A DNA stretch of 64,000 nt from Bdellovibrionota bacterium (GTDB taxonomy: Bacteria; Bdellovibrionota_C; UBA2361; JAAYZI01): assembly GCA_050950765.1 (NCBI GenBank), contig JBMNIF010000001.1, positions 448,001-512,000 of the forward strand. The letters run 5' to 3'. Position numbers and translations under genes: made by a program. The notes beneath the pieces are model-generated. The model saw nothing but the letters and a program-made list of their open reading frames with translations. It was not told where the DNA came from and searched no databases. This document shows positions 10,296-19,514 of the stretch, piece after piece (within the stretch, counting starts at the first letter, position 1; every line of letters begins with the position of its first letter).

Positions 10296-10635
10296 AGCTA
10301 TCGAATCCTATTTTATAACTGCTAGATTTTACTAGCTATAAAGCCATTAATTTGGAGTATCAGGGGTAAAGTTTAGCACGTTGTTAGATTTTAGTAAAAA
10401 CAGGGGAGTGATTTTTTAATAATTAGAGGGTGCTTTAATGGTAGATCTTCTGCTAATAGAGCTTACTAGCTGTTTTTAGTTGTTTCTATGCTAATATAGT
10501 TATAACTATATATTATCAATAAAAGTTTTGTAAAAAATTGGGTAAATAATAAAAAAGTGTTAACCTCTCGGCTAAAGTTGAAGCAGCTTGCTCTTGTGAC
10601 GAGTTAGTTTTATGAGTTGTTTTGTTGTTTAGAAA

Positions 10636-11049
10636 ATGAGTAACCCTGCAAAAGATAGCGCGCTAAAGTTAGATCCAGTAGCCGATCTAAATAATTTAAG
10701 AAGTAGTTTTTTTGTAGCTTTGGAATCTCTTCAAGATCCGCACTTGGAAGATGCACATTTTTCAGTGACACCGCAGGCGCGATCGCAAGACTTAAATCTT
10801 TCAGTAAGACCTGCTGCGCACTTGGAAGGTTTAAGGTTTCCTGAACCCACATTGATTTATGATAAAGAATTTTATCAATTGGGAGAAGTTGCTAAGGAGG
10901 TTTCAATAAGTGTAGCTGGGGAGACCTGTGTTGCTTTTGAAAAACCTATGAGAGGTGGGGCGGGACGTTTTACAGTTTACGCTTTAAATGGTCATGATTC
11001 TGGATTAAATCCTAAAGTAAAAAATTCCTCCCGAGCGCTTTCGGCTTAA
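10636..11049 (+). CDS. hypothetical protein
   Basis: 137 aa ATG-start ORF after an AT-rich intergenic region. Confidence 0.5.
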   Translation: MSNPAKDSALKLDPVADLNNLRSSFFVALESLQDPHLEDAHFSVTPQARSQDLNLSVRPAAHLEGLRFPEPTLIYDKEFYQLGEVAKEVSISVAGETCVAFEKPMRGGAGRFTVYALNGHDSGLNPKVKNSSRALSA

Positions 11050-11110
11050 ACTTTAAATAGGTATTCTGGATCGGTTTTAATCAGTAGGTTGTGCGTTAAT
11101 AATTATAAAA

Positions 11111-11461
11111 ATGTTGGAGATAATTATGAGTGCACCGCAATTGATTGAAGAGATGTTTTTCGATGATGAGATTTCAACTTTCACAATCAGTCACGACGGT
11201 TCTCTGATCGCTATTGCTATCTTGGGATTGGTTGGCGTTTATCAACTTGAGAAAAATAATGGATCAAAACGGCTTATCCATCTAACGTCTTATGTTCTTC
11301 CTGAAAATCTTTTGGCTAAAACTGCATTTTTTTCTTCTGACGGCGAAGTTTTAACGATTATTACTAATGATAAAGTACGTCGTGATCTTGCAGTTTTTGA
11401 TAGAGAAAACGGTTTAATGAAAGAGCTCTTTATGAGTAATGTCTCATTAACTGCAGCTTGA
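11111..11461 (+). CDS. hypothetical protein with WD40/propeller-blade-like motifs
   Basis: FTISHDGSLIAIA and FFSSDGEVL resemble propeller blades; start probably the second Met (GGAG RBS). Confidence 0.55.
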   Translation: MLEIIMSAPQLIEEMFFDDEISTFTISHDGSLIAIAILGLVGVYQLEKNNGSKRLIHLTSYVLPENLLAKTAFFSSDGEVLTIITNDKVRRDLAVFDRENGLMKELFMSNVSLTAA

Positions 11462-11607
11462 ACAATTCGCTAAAAAATATATTTTTTAGTATGTTCCGAA
11501 TAGAGTACTTCCTTATATGATATTACGGTTAGGTGTCGGCTTTTTTCTTAAAAGCGATTTCGGCTTGCTTATACTGTAATAATTAAATCCATATATAAAT
11601 TGTAAAA

Positions 11608-14370
11608 GTGGCACAAGAAAAACAAACAATAGGGAATGTATATTTAAGCGGAGATGAGCTGCAGCTTTCGTTTCGTTTCTGTAAACGTAGGTTTGCTGCT
11701 ATCAAAAGTATGAAGGGTGCTACATATAACAAAGATCTTAAGAGGTGGTGCTTACCCGTTACCGCCTTAGATAACCTCCTCTCTTCAAAATTATTTTCTG
11801 AAAATTTTATGCGCTACGCCTTCGATCAAGATCTTGCTAGGCAAAATGCCGCCGCTGTTACGAGTGTGATGCAGGAAGCAAATATTGCGATCGATCAAAA
11901 TCCGTTTGAGGTAGAGGAGGATTGCATCGCTAAAGCAGATCTAGATTGCGTAATTAGATCTGCCACAGGTGGCGGCTTAAGGGTTTTTATAAAGAAGAGA
12001 AGTAAAGCAAAAAAAATAATTGAAGAGGTAAGAGGTGCTCACTATATAAAAGCGGAAGGTGCCTATTTTTTACCGACTTTAGCGATAAAAAAGTTTTTAT
12101 GTACATTAAGAGATCAGAAGCTACGTTTCGCCGTAGCTAAAGAAACTGCTCTTAAGTTAAAAGTAGGGGCGGAAATTCGTAATACAATTTCCTCTAGCGC
12201 ACGTGTTCTTACTGCAAGAGAACTGAAGGACGGTATGTTATATCCGTACTTTGCCGCAGATTTTTCAGCGCAACGTTTTGTCCTGCATGGATCTACACAG
12301 GAACAGTTGGCTGCAATATTTCCACACCTACGTGGTGCTTTAAGTAGAGAACGCGCAGCAGCAGCGCTGACCTTAGATAAGGTAGCTTTTCTAGTTACTA
12401 ATCTGGAAAAGATGCAGGTTAAGATCTGGTTTTCTAGTGAAGTTCTAGAGTGTTTGAATGAGAGTCTAGCCTATTTCAGTGAAGAGCTGCAATTTTTGCC
12501 ACAATTACTGGCTTTGCTTGGAGATAAAAGAGAGGCTGTTTGGATCTGTGATTATCAAGGTGCAGGGCTACTTTTCCAAGATGATGAAATTCTACTTAAT
12601 ACAGATGCCTTTTCATATAGCAAACATGTGCAGTTTCCGAACTACAAATATATCAGACCAGCAGAGGAAAGGCTGCCTCAATTTTTTAAAGAGGTGCAGG
12701 ATAAAAACGGTTCTTTAAAAAAGAGCCCTGCTTTTGAGATATACTATCAAGACTTACTTGAAAGGTTGAGATTAAGAGAACGGTGTAGAAAATTTAACAC
12801 GATGCGTGAGAGTGAGATAACGTTGAGTGATACCGAATTGCAAAAAAGCCTTTTCCCGCATCAACGGGTGGCAGTGGAGTGGTTGCTTGAAACTGAACAA
12901 GCTTTTCTCGGAGATGATATGGGTCTTGGGAAGACGCTCTCTATTTTAGCTGCTTTTCAAGAGTTGCACCATTCTGCAGATGTTTCGTTTCTATTAGTTG
13001 TGGCGCCGAACTCCCTTGTTTTAAATTGGTATCGTGAAGCTAAACGGTGGACTCCGAAGTTAAGGTTTGCAGTATTGCCAGATTCCCCTCAAAAGAAAAA
13101 ACTCTTTTTAAGAGATTTGAAAAAATGGAACTATTATCACGGACTGATCGTAAATTATGAGAAGATACGGCTGGATTACGTTTATCCAGCGATAGCTGAC
13201 GCTTGTAAAAGTATGGATGTTATGTTGTGTTTGGATGAATCGCAGCGTGTAAAAAATCCTACTTCAATGATCTGTAAGGCATTAAAAAATATTGCACCGC
13301 TATGTAAAAGGCGAGTCTTATTAAGTGGTACTCCGACCCCACGAGATTTAGCCGACATCTGGTCGCAGATGTTGCTGCTGGATGGTGGAAAACGTTTTGG
13401 TGTAAATTATTATACTTGGTTAACTTCAGTAGCAGAGGTTGGGAATCAATGGAGTGATTACGCTGTAAAACGGTTTATTCCGGAGAAGGTGAATGCAACT
13501 ATTGCGCGAGTACAGGAGCTACTTTTAAGACGGAAAAAAAGTGATGTGATAGATCTGCCGGAAAAATTATTTAGCGTTAGAGACCTAGAGATGTCGGGAG
13601 ATCAGGAGCGTCGGTACGAAGAGGTACGTAAAGATCTCTTATTACAGGTAAGTGCTATGGATGGCACTACTTCTGTTAAGCAGATTGAATCAATTTTAGA
13701 GGAGTATCTACGTGCTGTGCAGATCGCATCGAATCCGAGAATTGTCGATGAAAATTGGAGTGGGGATCCTGTAAAGTTTGTGGAGCTTGATGAGATCGTA
13801 GCTGAAGTTGTGGAAGGGCAGGGTGGGAAGATCGTGATCTGGACGAACTTTAAAGTTAATGTGCATGAACTGGTTAAACGTTATGCAAAATATTCCGCCA
13901 AACCTTTTATGGGTGAAGTTTCCGTTAAAGAGAGGGATAAAACGGTTAAAGAGTTTCAAGACCCTACTAGTAAGGTGAAAATTTTAGTAGCTATCCCAGC
14001 TGCTGGAGGTGTTGGCATCACCTTAACGGCGGCACAAACGGCAGTATACCTTGAAAAAACGTGGAATGCAGAACATTGGCAGCAATCGATAGATAGAATT
14101 CACCGTATTGGACAATGCGGAACCGTAACAATTATCTCACTGCAGGCTTGTCCTGTTGATGGATTGATCGCCGCTAACTTAGCAAAAAAAATGCGTGCTC
14201 AAGCAAGGCTCTTGGGTGATACTAAAAACAGATCTCAACTTCTAGATAATGATTCACTTTTACCAAGTAGGGCAGAGCTGTTAGCAGCTGTGACTAAGGT
14301 CAGAAAAAAAGTGGATCTAGTCGGAGGGGCTGAAGACGAAGAGATTACCACTAGCGCTACTGTAAACTAA
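11608..14370 (+). CDS. SNF2-family helicase/ATPase with HARP-like N-terminal segments
   Basis: LFPHQ, GDDMGLGKT (Walker A), LDESQRVKN, LSGTP, GGVGITLTAA and QSIDRIHRIGQ motifs. Confidence 0.9.
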   Translation: MAQEKQTIGNVYLSGDELQLSFRFCKRRFAAIKSMKGATYNKDLKRWCLPVTALDNLLSSKLFSENFMRYAFDQDLARQNAAAVTSVMQEANIAIDQNPFEVEEDCIAKADLDCVIRSATGGGLRVFIKKRSKAKKIIEEVRGAHYIKAEGAYFLPTLAIKKFLCTLRDQKLRFAVAKETALKLKVGAEIRNTISSSARVLTARELKDGMLYPYFAADFSAQRFVLHGSTQEQLAAIFPHLRGALSRERAAAALTLDKVAFLVTNLEKMQVKIWFSSEVLECLNESLAYFSEELQFLPQLLALLGDKREAVWICDYQGAGLLFQDDEILLNTDAFSYSKHVQFPNYKYIRPAEERLPQFFKEVQDKNGSLKKSPAFEIYYQDLLERLRLRERCRKFNTMRESEITLSDTELQKSLFPHQRVAVEWLLETEQAFLGDDMGLGKTLSILAAFQELHHSADVSFLLVVAPNSLVLNWYREAKRWTPKLRFAVLPDSPQKKKLFLRDLKKWNYYHGLIVNYEKIRLDYVYPAIADACKSMDVMLCLDESQRVKNPTSMICKALKNIAPLCKRRVLLSGTPTPRDLADIWSQMLLLDGGKRFGVNYYTWLTSVAEVGNQWSDYAVKRFIPEKVNATIARVQELLLRRKKSDVIDLPEKLFSVRDLEMSGDQERRYEEVRKDLLLQVSAMDGTTSVKQIESILEEYLRAVQIASNPRIVDENWSGDPVKFVELDEIVAEVVEGQGGKIVIWTNFKVNVHELVKRYAKYSAKPFMGEVSVKERDKTVKEFQDPTSKVKILVAIPAAGGVGITLTAAQTAVYLEKTWNAEHWQQSIDRIHRIGQCGTVTIISLQACPVDGLIAANLAKKMRAQARLLGDTKNRSQLLDNDSLLPSRAELLAAVTKVRKKVDLVGGAEDEEITTSATVN

Positions 14371-15009
14371 CTTTTCTTTTCTAGAAGTTCCTTTTTTGCA
14401 ATAACCATCCAGATAAATTTTACCCTTTAAGAAACCTTTATTGATAAGACGTTCCAATAGATAAGCTGCCAAAAGAACTTGATGCCTGTCAGTCCCAACG
14501 CGGTGCTCTATATACACATCAAGCGCTATTTTTTTATCACCGCCTACCTCTTGCTCTATCGCTTCAGCGATATGCTCTTCAGAGATATAACGGAGCTGCT
14601 CTTTGACAAGATTGATCATCTCTTCAACGATAATATCTTCTGATAGATCTTTAACATTTCCATCAGAGAGGTTGGTATAACGTATCATCAGATCTGTGTA
14701 GACCGAATCTAAAAAAACGTAACGATCGTCGACGACTAAAGCTTCTTGCGGCGTTGCTCCCAGATAGACACCTCCATTAATCTTGGAATGTTCACCGATA
14801 ATGTGACGTTTGCGAAATGTGCCGTAAGGTTCGTCGGGGTTTTTTGATGGCTTGTAGTGCTTGTTGTTTTTTATGCGCTCTGACATTATAAAAAAACGGT
14901 TAGCCTCTTCCTGATTAAGAGACGGTTCCTCGAGATCTTTTAATTGGGATCTTTTAATTGAAGTGTCGTCATCTTTTGGAGGTTCTGTTAAACTTCGTTT
15001 TTTAGCCAT
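14317..15009 (-). CDS. hypothetical protein, EDR1/transglutaminase-like fold with the catalytic Cys apparently replaced
   Basis: VGTDRHQVLLAAYLLE resembles the GxCRH(R/Q)ALL motif. Confidence 0.55.
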   Translation of the reverse strand: MAKKRSLTEPPKDDDTSIKRSQLKDLEEPSLNQEEANRFFIMSERIKNNKHYKPSKNPDEPYGTFRKRHIIGEHSKINGGVYLGATPQEALVVDDRYVFLDSVYTDLMIRYTNLSDGNVKDLSEDIIVEEMINLVKEQLRYISEEHIAEAIEQEVGGDKKIALDVYIEHRVGTDRHQVLLAAYLLERLINKGFLKGKIYLDGYCKKGTSRKEKLVYSSASGNLFVFSPSD

Positions 15010-15244
15010 CTTCTTATCCGCATGCTGATTAATAATCTTCCCCTGTATAGGTTATCGGCAAGAAGAGGAGAAAACGTTCACCCTTTATTTAATTAGTATT
15101 AAAATGTAGGAGTTTTATTAGAATCAATTAGTAAATCTTTGAACTTATTGATTTTATTTATTGTTTTAGTAAATTAAACTTTAGGGTCTGCCTGAAGAGG
15201 TCAAGCCCTTATAAATTAACGAGATATATTATTGAGAAGATATT

Positions 15245-16054
15245 ATGAAAGAGCAGCTTTTTAAAGCTTTCTGTCTTGGAATCCTTGAAGGGCTTACAGA
15301 GTTTATCCCTGTTTCAAGTACGGGGCATATGGTGCTGTTAGGCAATGCTTTAGAGTTTACAGGAGATAAAGCTAAGGTTTTTGAAATCTTTATTCAGTTA
15401 GGTGCTATTTTAGCAGTGCTTCTTCTGTATTGGAGGTATTTTATTGTTCTGATCTGCCCTAAGTTTAAGACACCAGAGACGCTCGCTTTCGTAGGGTGGA
15501 AAGGGATCTTAAAATTAATCTTAGTGACTACACCGGCTGCTATTTTAGGGCTACTGTTTCATGGACAGATTAAGATGTTGTTAGAGCCCCTTCCCGTTGC
15601 TATCGCTTTAATAGTTGGTGGATTGCTACTGATCGGTGTTGAAAAACGGAATAAGGCGGTACGAGTTAACGCCGTGCAAGATATCACTTACTTGGATTCT
15701 CTACTGGTCGGATGTTTTCAATGCCTTGCTTTATGGCCAGGGATGTCCCGTTCCGGCAGCACTATTATAGGTTCAAGGCTACTCGGTTTTAGGAGAGATG
15801 TAGCAGCTCAATTCTCTTTTATTATTGCTGTACCGATTATGTTTGCCGCTGTTGGGTATGATCTCTGGAAAAACCGCAATATCCTTGAAGTTTCGGACCT
15901 TCCTGTTTTCGCAGTAGGTTTTGTTGTCTCTTTTATTACCGCTATTTTTGCTATTAAGTTTTTTTTGAAGATATTACAACGTTATACCTTGTGTAGCTTC
16001 GGTTGGTATCGAATCGTATTAGGAATTTTTGTAATAGGGCTCCACTTATTGTAA
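15245..16054 (+). CDS. uppP: undecaprenyl-diphosphate phosphatase (BacA/UppP)
   Basis: GILEGLTEFIPVSSTGH, IQLGAILAV and PGMSRSGSTI motifs. Confidence 0.97.
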   Translation: MKEQLFKAFCLGILEGLTEFIPVSSTGHMVLLGNALEFTGDKAKVFEIFIQLGAILAVLLLYWRYFIVLICPKFKTPETLAFVGWKGILKLILVTTPAAILGLLFHGQIKMLLEPLPVAIALIVGGLLLIGVEKRNKAVRVNAVQDITYLDSLLVGCFQCLALWPGMSRSGSTIIGSRLLGFRRDVAAQFSFIIAVPIMFAAVGYDLWKNRNILEVSDLPVFAVGFVVSFITAIFAIKFFLKILQRYTLCSFGWYRIVLGIFVIGLHLL

Positions 16055-16066
16055 TGACCTGTCTTT

Positions 16067-16492
16067 TTAGGGTTGTATATTTAAATCGTTAAAGAACGTT
16101 CCAATTAGGGATCGGAGGGCAAAGGCGCTTACGGCAACGACTAATAGCCCTAAGGCGGCTTTATAGTTACCGACTGCGGCGCTTAAGATCGCCATAATAC
16201 CGGCAGCGACCATAACCATAGCACCGAAGGAGCCTTCGATATAGGTTAAAATAGCATTTGTTGCATCAGCTAAACGTTCGTCATTATAGTTAATTGATAC
16301 AGTACCACCCATATAGCCATCAGCAACGACATTGAGAGAGAGTCCTACTATTAATAAGGTCACACCGCAGGCTAATAATATAAATTGTATCTGCAACTTT
16401 GTCGGTGCAACACAAGCAGAGGTGATTTTTTGGCAGATGTGAAGATATTTTTCTGCAATCTGTTTCTTAATAGTCATAATCAAACTCATCAA
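16067..16492 (-). CDS. TrbC/VirB2-like conjugative-type pilin
   Basis: long leader then two Gly/Ala-rich hydrophobic helices split by GNYK; lies at the end of a T4SS cluster. Confidence 0.65.
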   Translation of the reverse strand: MMSLIMTIKKQIAEKYLHICQKITSACVAPTKLQIQFILLACGVTLLIVGLSLNVVADGYMGGTVSINYNDERLADATNAILTYIEGSFGAMVMVAAGIMAILSAAVGNYKAALGLLVVAVSAFALRSLIGTFFNDLNIQP

Positions 16493-16650
16493 AAAGTGCT
16501 TCTTAAAGATCTTTTAAGGAGCGACTGATATTATAAGTTATAGCATAAAGGCATTATTTTCAATACCAATAGAGTGATACCAAGTGAGAGGTGCTAATAG
16601 GAATAGAAAACAACGCAATAAATTACAGATTATTTGGAATAAATTCTAAA

Positions 16651-17163
16651 TTATCCTTGAGCTTTTGATGTCAGTCCAGGGATGAGTTTGAGCGGATCTA
16701 GAGGCTTGCCGTTACGGCGAATTTCAAAGTGGAGGTGTGGTCCTGTGGATTGACCACTATTTCCTAATGTAGCTATGATCTGACCAGCAGCAACCTCTTC
16801 TCCGATTGATATCTTTATCTTATCAAGGTGTCCGTAGTGGCTAGTCATGCCTGAATTGTGGAGGATTACAACTAAATTTCCGTAACCTGCATAGGGATCA
16901 GCGAATACAACCTTACCCCTTCCTATCGCTCTAACGGGAGCTCCTAGTGGTGCTGCTAAATCGATACCGCTATGGTTACGTGTAACTTTAAAGATAGGGT
17001 GTCTTCTTGAGCCGAACTTACTGGAAAGGCGCGGACGTACTACGGGATAAACGAATGAAGGATCTGTTGTGGCTAAGATCTGAGGAGTGGGGAAGGCGTG
17101 ACTGTATTGTGGGATAAGTAGTATGACGAACAATGTAAGTATTGTTGTGAAGTACCCCCTCAT
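16651..17163 (-). CDS. M23 family peptidoglycan endopeptidase
   Basis: HSGID (HxxxD), YGHL and GQSTGPHLHFE motifs; signal peptide. Confidence 0.95.
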   Translation of the reverse strand: MRGYFTTILTLFVILLIPQYSHAFPTPQILATTDPSFVYPVVRPRLSSKFGSRRHPIFKVTRNHSGIDLAAPLGAPVRAIGRGKVVFADPYAGYGNLVVILHNSGMTSHYGHLDKIKISIGEEVAAGQIIATLGNSGQSTGPHLHFEIRRNGKPLDPLKLIPGLTSKAQG

Positions 17164-17179
17164 CTTATCACCACAATAG

Positions 17180-18136
17180 TTAACGTTGTCTGATTAAGTC
17201 CATAGCAGCTTCTTCTACGGTACTACCAGCACTTCTTACTTGAACGGTACGTGATGGAACTGAACGGGGATCCCTACCAAAAGCTACGATATCTTTTGAA
17301 ATCCACGCTCTCTCTCCTGTGGGAGCAACAACTCTAAACCAGTCTCCAGACCTCGTCTCTATCGCTAAACGTGTGCCCTTCGCAATGGACATCATCGGAG
17401 AGTGATTCATGCCTGGACCTGCTCTAAGGTTGGCTTTATCAACAACCACCGTTGCGATAGGCATCTCTTCTGTTGTTTTGCGTGATTGTACGGGAGTTAA
17501 TAAAGATTCTCTTTCTTGATTAACTTGATTAACTCGGTTTCTGTTAGAACTTCTGTTGTATACCTGTTTAAGGGGTGGATTGATGCTCTTCCCAGAGCCC
17601 TGAATAATATCGCTCAACCTTTCGACCTCAGTTTCCGCAACCATTAATTTATTGCGTAACTCTATCACCTTATTTGATAGTAACTTTACTTGACGTTCGC
17701 TTTCTGCCAGCTGTTTTTCTAGTCGAGAATTTTTATTTTGGATCTCCGCCGATGATTTTTTTTGGAGATTGACCTCATCTTTTAAAGTGGAATTTTCACC
17801 ACGTAATTTTTTTATTTTATTATTAATCTGATTTAAAATTTCGTTAGAAGGTAGTCCGTCTTTCTCAAGGGCATTTTCTTTTTTAAGCTCTGTTTCCTGC
17901 GGCAATGCTTTTTGAACCAGATCGGATTTTGTATTACTTTTTAAGGATATTGTTGCTTTAGCTAAAGCTTGAGGAGCTTCCCAATTTGTTTCACTCAATA
18001 ATTTTTCTTCTTCGGCGAGAAGGGCAGCTTCTGCTTGATAAGGATCTAGGTTATCTACTTCAGCATATGCGGAGTTGCTGAAAAGTATAATTCCGAGAAA
18101 AAAACCTCTGCTAATGTATTTATTTAAATTAATCAC
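17180..18136 (-). CDS. exported coiled-coil protein with SH3b domain
   Basis: signal peptide (AYA), long coiled coil, ANLRAGPG...GDWFRV...AWI. Confidence 0.85.
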   Translation of the reverse strand: MINLNKYISRGFFLGIILFSNSAYAEVDNLDPYQAEAALLAEEEKLLSETNWEAPQALAKATISLKSNTKSDLVQKALPQETELKKENALEKDGLPSNEILNQINNKIKKLRGENSTLKDEVNLQKKSSAEIQNKNSRLEKQLAESERQVKLLSNKVIELRNKLMVAETEVERLSDIIQGSGKSINPPLKQVYNRSSNRNRVNQVNQERESLLTPVQSRKTTEEMPIATVVVDKANLRAGPGMNHSPMMSIAKGTRLAIETRSGDWFRVVAPTGERAWISKDIVAFGRDPRSVPSRTVQVRSAGSTVEEAAMDLIRQR

Positions 18137-18181
18137 GTTAACTACCCCTCGTTATGTATATACGGTGTGTCGAAACGTTCT

Positions 18182-18736
18182 CTATTGTTCATCCGAACTT
18201 TCTTGTTCCTGTTCGTCTAAAACTTTTTGTACCGTTTCTAAGGCAGCTTTATGACGCGCATCACGCTCTCTCTGGAGCATATCCTGCACTTCCTTAGGAG
18301 CGGCTATCCCCTTCATGACAATCTCTATGCCTGAAGTTCCGGAAGTTCCGACTAATACAGTTCCAACGTTCAGAGCTCTCTCTATAAGGGACTGCTCAGT
18401 CTCTACACTCCTAATATCTTCATATCTGATGCGAGTGATCCTCTGTTGAAGTGAAATTCTTCCAATTAAAGACTCTATTCCTTTAGGATCTACCACATAA
18501 CGAACATCGTAAATCCTCCAAGCTAGAACAACGAGGGTTATAAACGGAAAGAGCCATAAAAGGGGGAGTTTTAAGGTAACTGTATACGAAGTAGTGCTGA
18601 ATAACTCTCCGATTATGATTGAATTTGGAAGCTTTTTTGATAGCCAAACAGTACAGATAGCGGATAGGAAAAACAATATTATTCCCCATAATTCAGAACG
18701 CCAAGCCTTTGGTATTACAAGAGTACCTTTAATCAT
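18182..18736 (-). CDS. membrane protein with bacterial PH domain (bPH_2/YdbS-like)
   Basis: 2 TM helices then IRYEDIRSVETEQSLIERALNVGTVLVGTSG. Confidence 0.8.
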   Translation of the reverse strand: MIKGTLVIPKAWRSELWGIILFFLSAICTVWLSKKLPNSIIIGELFSTTSYTVTLKLPLLWLFPFITLVVLAWRIYDVRYVVDPKGIESLIGRISLQQRITRIRYEDIRSVETEQSLIERALNVGTVLVGTSGTSGIEIVMKGIAAPKEVQDMLQRERDARHKAALETVQKVLDEQEQESSDEQ

Positions 18737-18758
18737 TTCAAATAGTTCCGGAGTACGA

Positions 18759-19130
18759 TTAAAGAGAATTTAAGATATCTTCAAGTGAAGAAGGATCTGT
18801 TGAACCTTCTTGCGGACGTGCCTGTTTAGGTTGAACTTCTCTCTTTTTGGCACCGTCACTCTCCCCAAAAGGTAACAGTTTAAAAGGTTTTGAAGTATCT
18901 ATATCTCCAGCTGGTTGAAGGTTTCTTTCTTGTTGAGCTTGTTGTTGAACCGCAACTCTGTGTGTAACACCCTCATTTTGCTTAGGAATTACATTAGTAT
19001 TTGAGCTAACCTCAACTTTTCCGCCGCTTAACCTAAAAACGGAAAAGAGCACTGCCACCAATATGATAATTACTAAATGAAACTTATTGGTTAGTGGTGC
19101 AAGTAAATTTTTAGTACTTATAAATGCCAT
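18759..19130 (-). CDS. hypothetical single-TM protein
   Basis: N-terminal hydrophobic helix and low-complexity tail; lies within the operon. Confidence 0.7.
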   Translation of the reverse strand: MAFISTKNLLAPLTNKFHLVIIILVAVLFSVFRLSGGKVEVSSNTNVIPKQNEGVTHRVAVQQQAQQERNLQPAGDIDTSKPFKLLPFGESDGAKKREVQPKQARPQEGSTDPSSLEDILNSL

Positions 19131-19226
19131 CGATCACGATCTCCAATCCCTCTCCATACCTCCCACTCAATACCACAACTCAGACATTTATAGCAGATTG
19201 TGATACGGCTCTACCATAGAGATTAT

Positions 19227-19514
19227 TTATTTGTTGTTTGGATCTTTGTAATACCTCCAACGCCCCTGTCGTACCTCAACCACAGCTTGGTGCGCCGGTC
19301 TGTAATAAGTACCCTCAGGGTCGTAACCTGGCGGAATGTCAATAACATCAACCATTGGCGGTTCATATACAAACTCGACAGCCCCTGGATCAGGAACTAC
19401 GGTAACCTGTTCTTTAACGATCGGCCCACTTACTATTTCCTGCCTAGAAGAGCAGCCTATTACAGAAAATAGTGCTAGTATGGCGATAATATTGAGTATT
19501 TTTATCTTCTTCAC
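19227..19514 (-). CDS. small lipoprotein in T4SS cluster
   Basis: lipobox VIGC; 4-bp overlap with the traC stop. Confidence 0.75.
   Translation of the reverse strand: MKKIKILNIIAILALFSVIGCSSRQEIVSGPIVKEQVTVVPDPGAVEFVYEPPMVDVIDIPPGYDPEGTYYRPAHQAVVEVRQGRWRYYKDPNNK

Noticed and set aside
10610..10852. Antisense ORF sharing the peptide LNLPSAQ with the end of CDS 9522-10295
   Set aside because: Codons differ at the DNA level and the ORF is a shadow of 10636-11049; treated as coincidence
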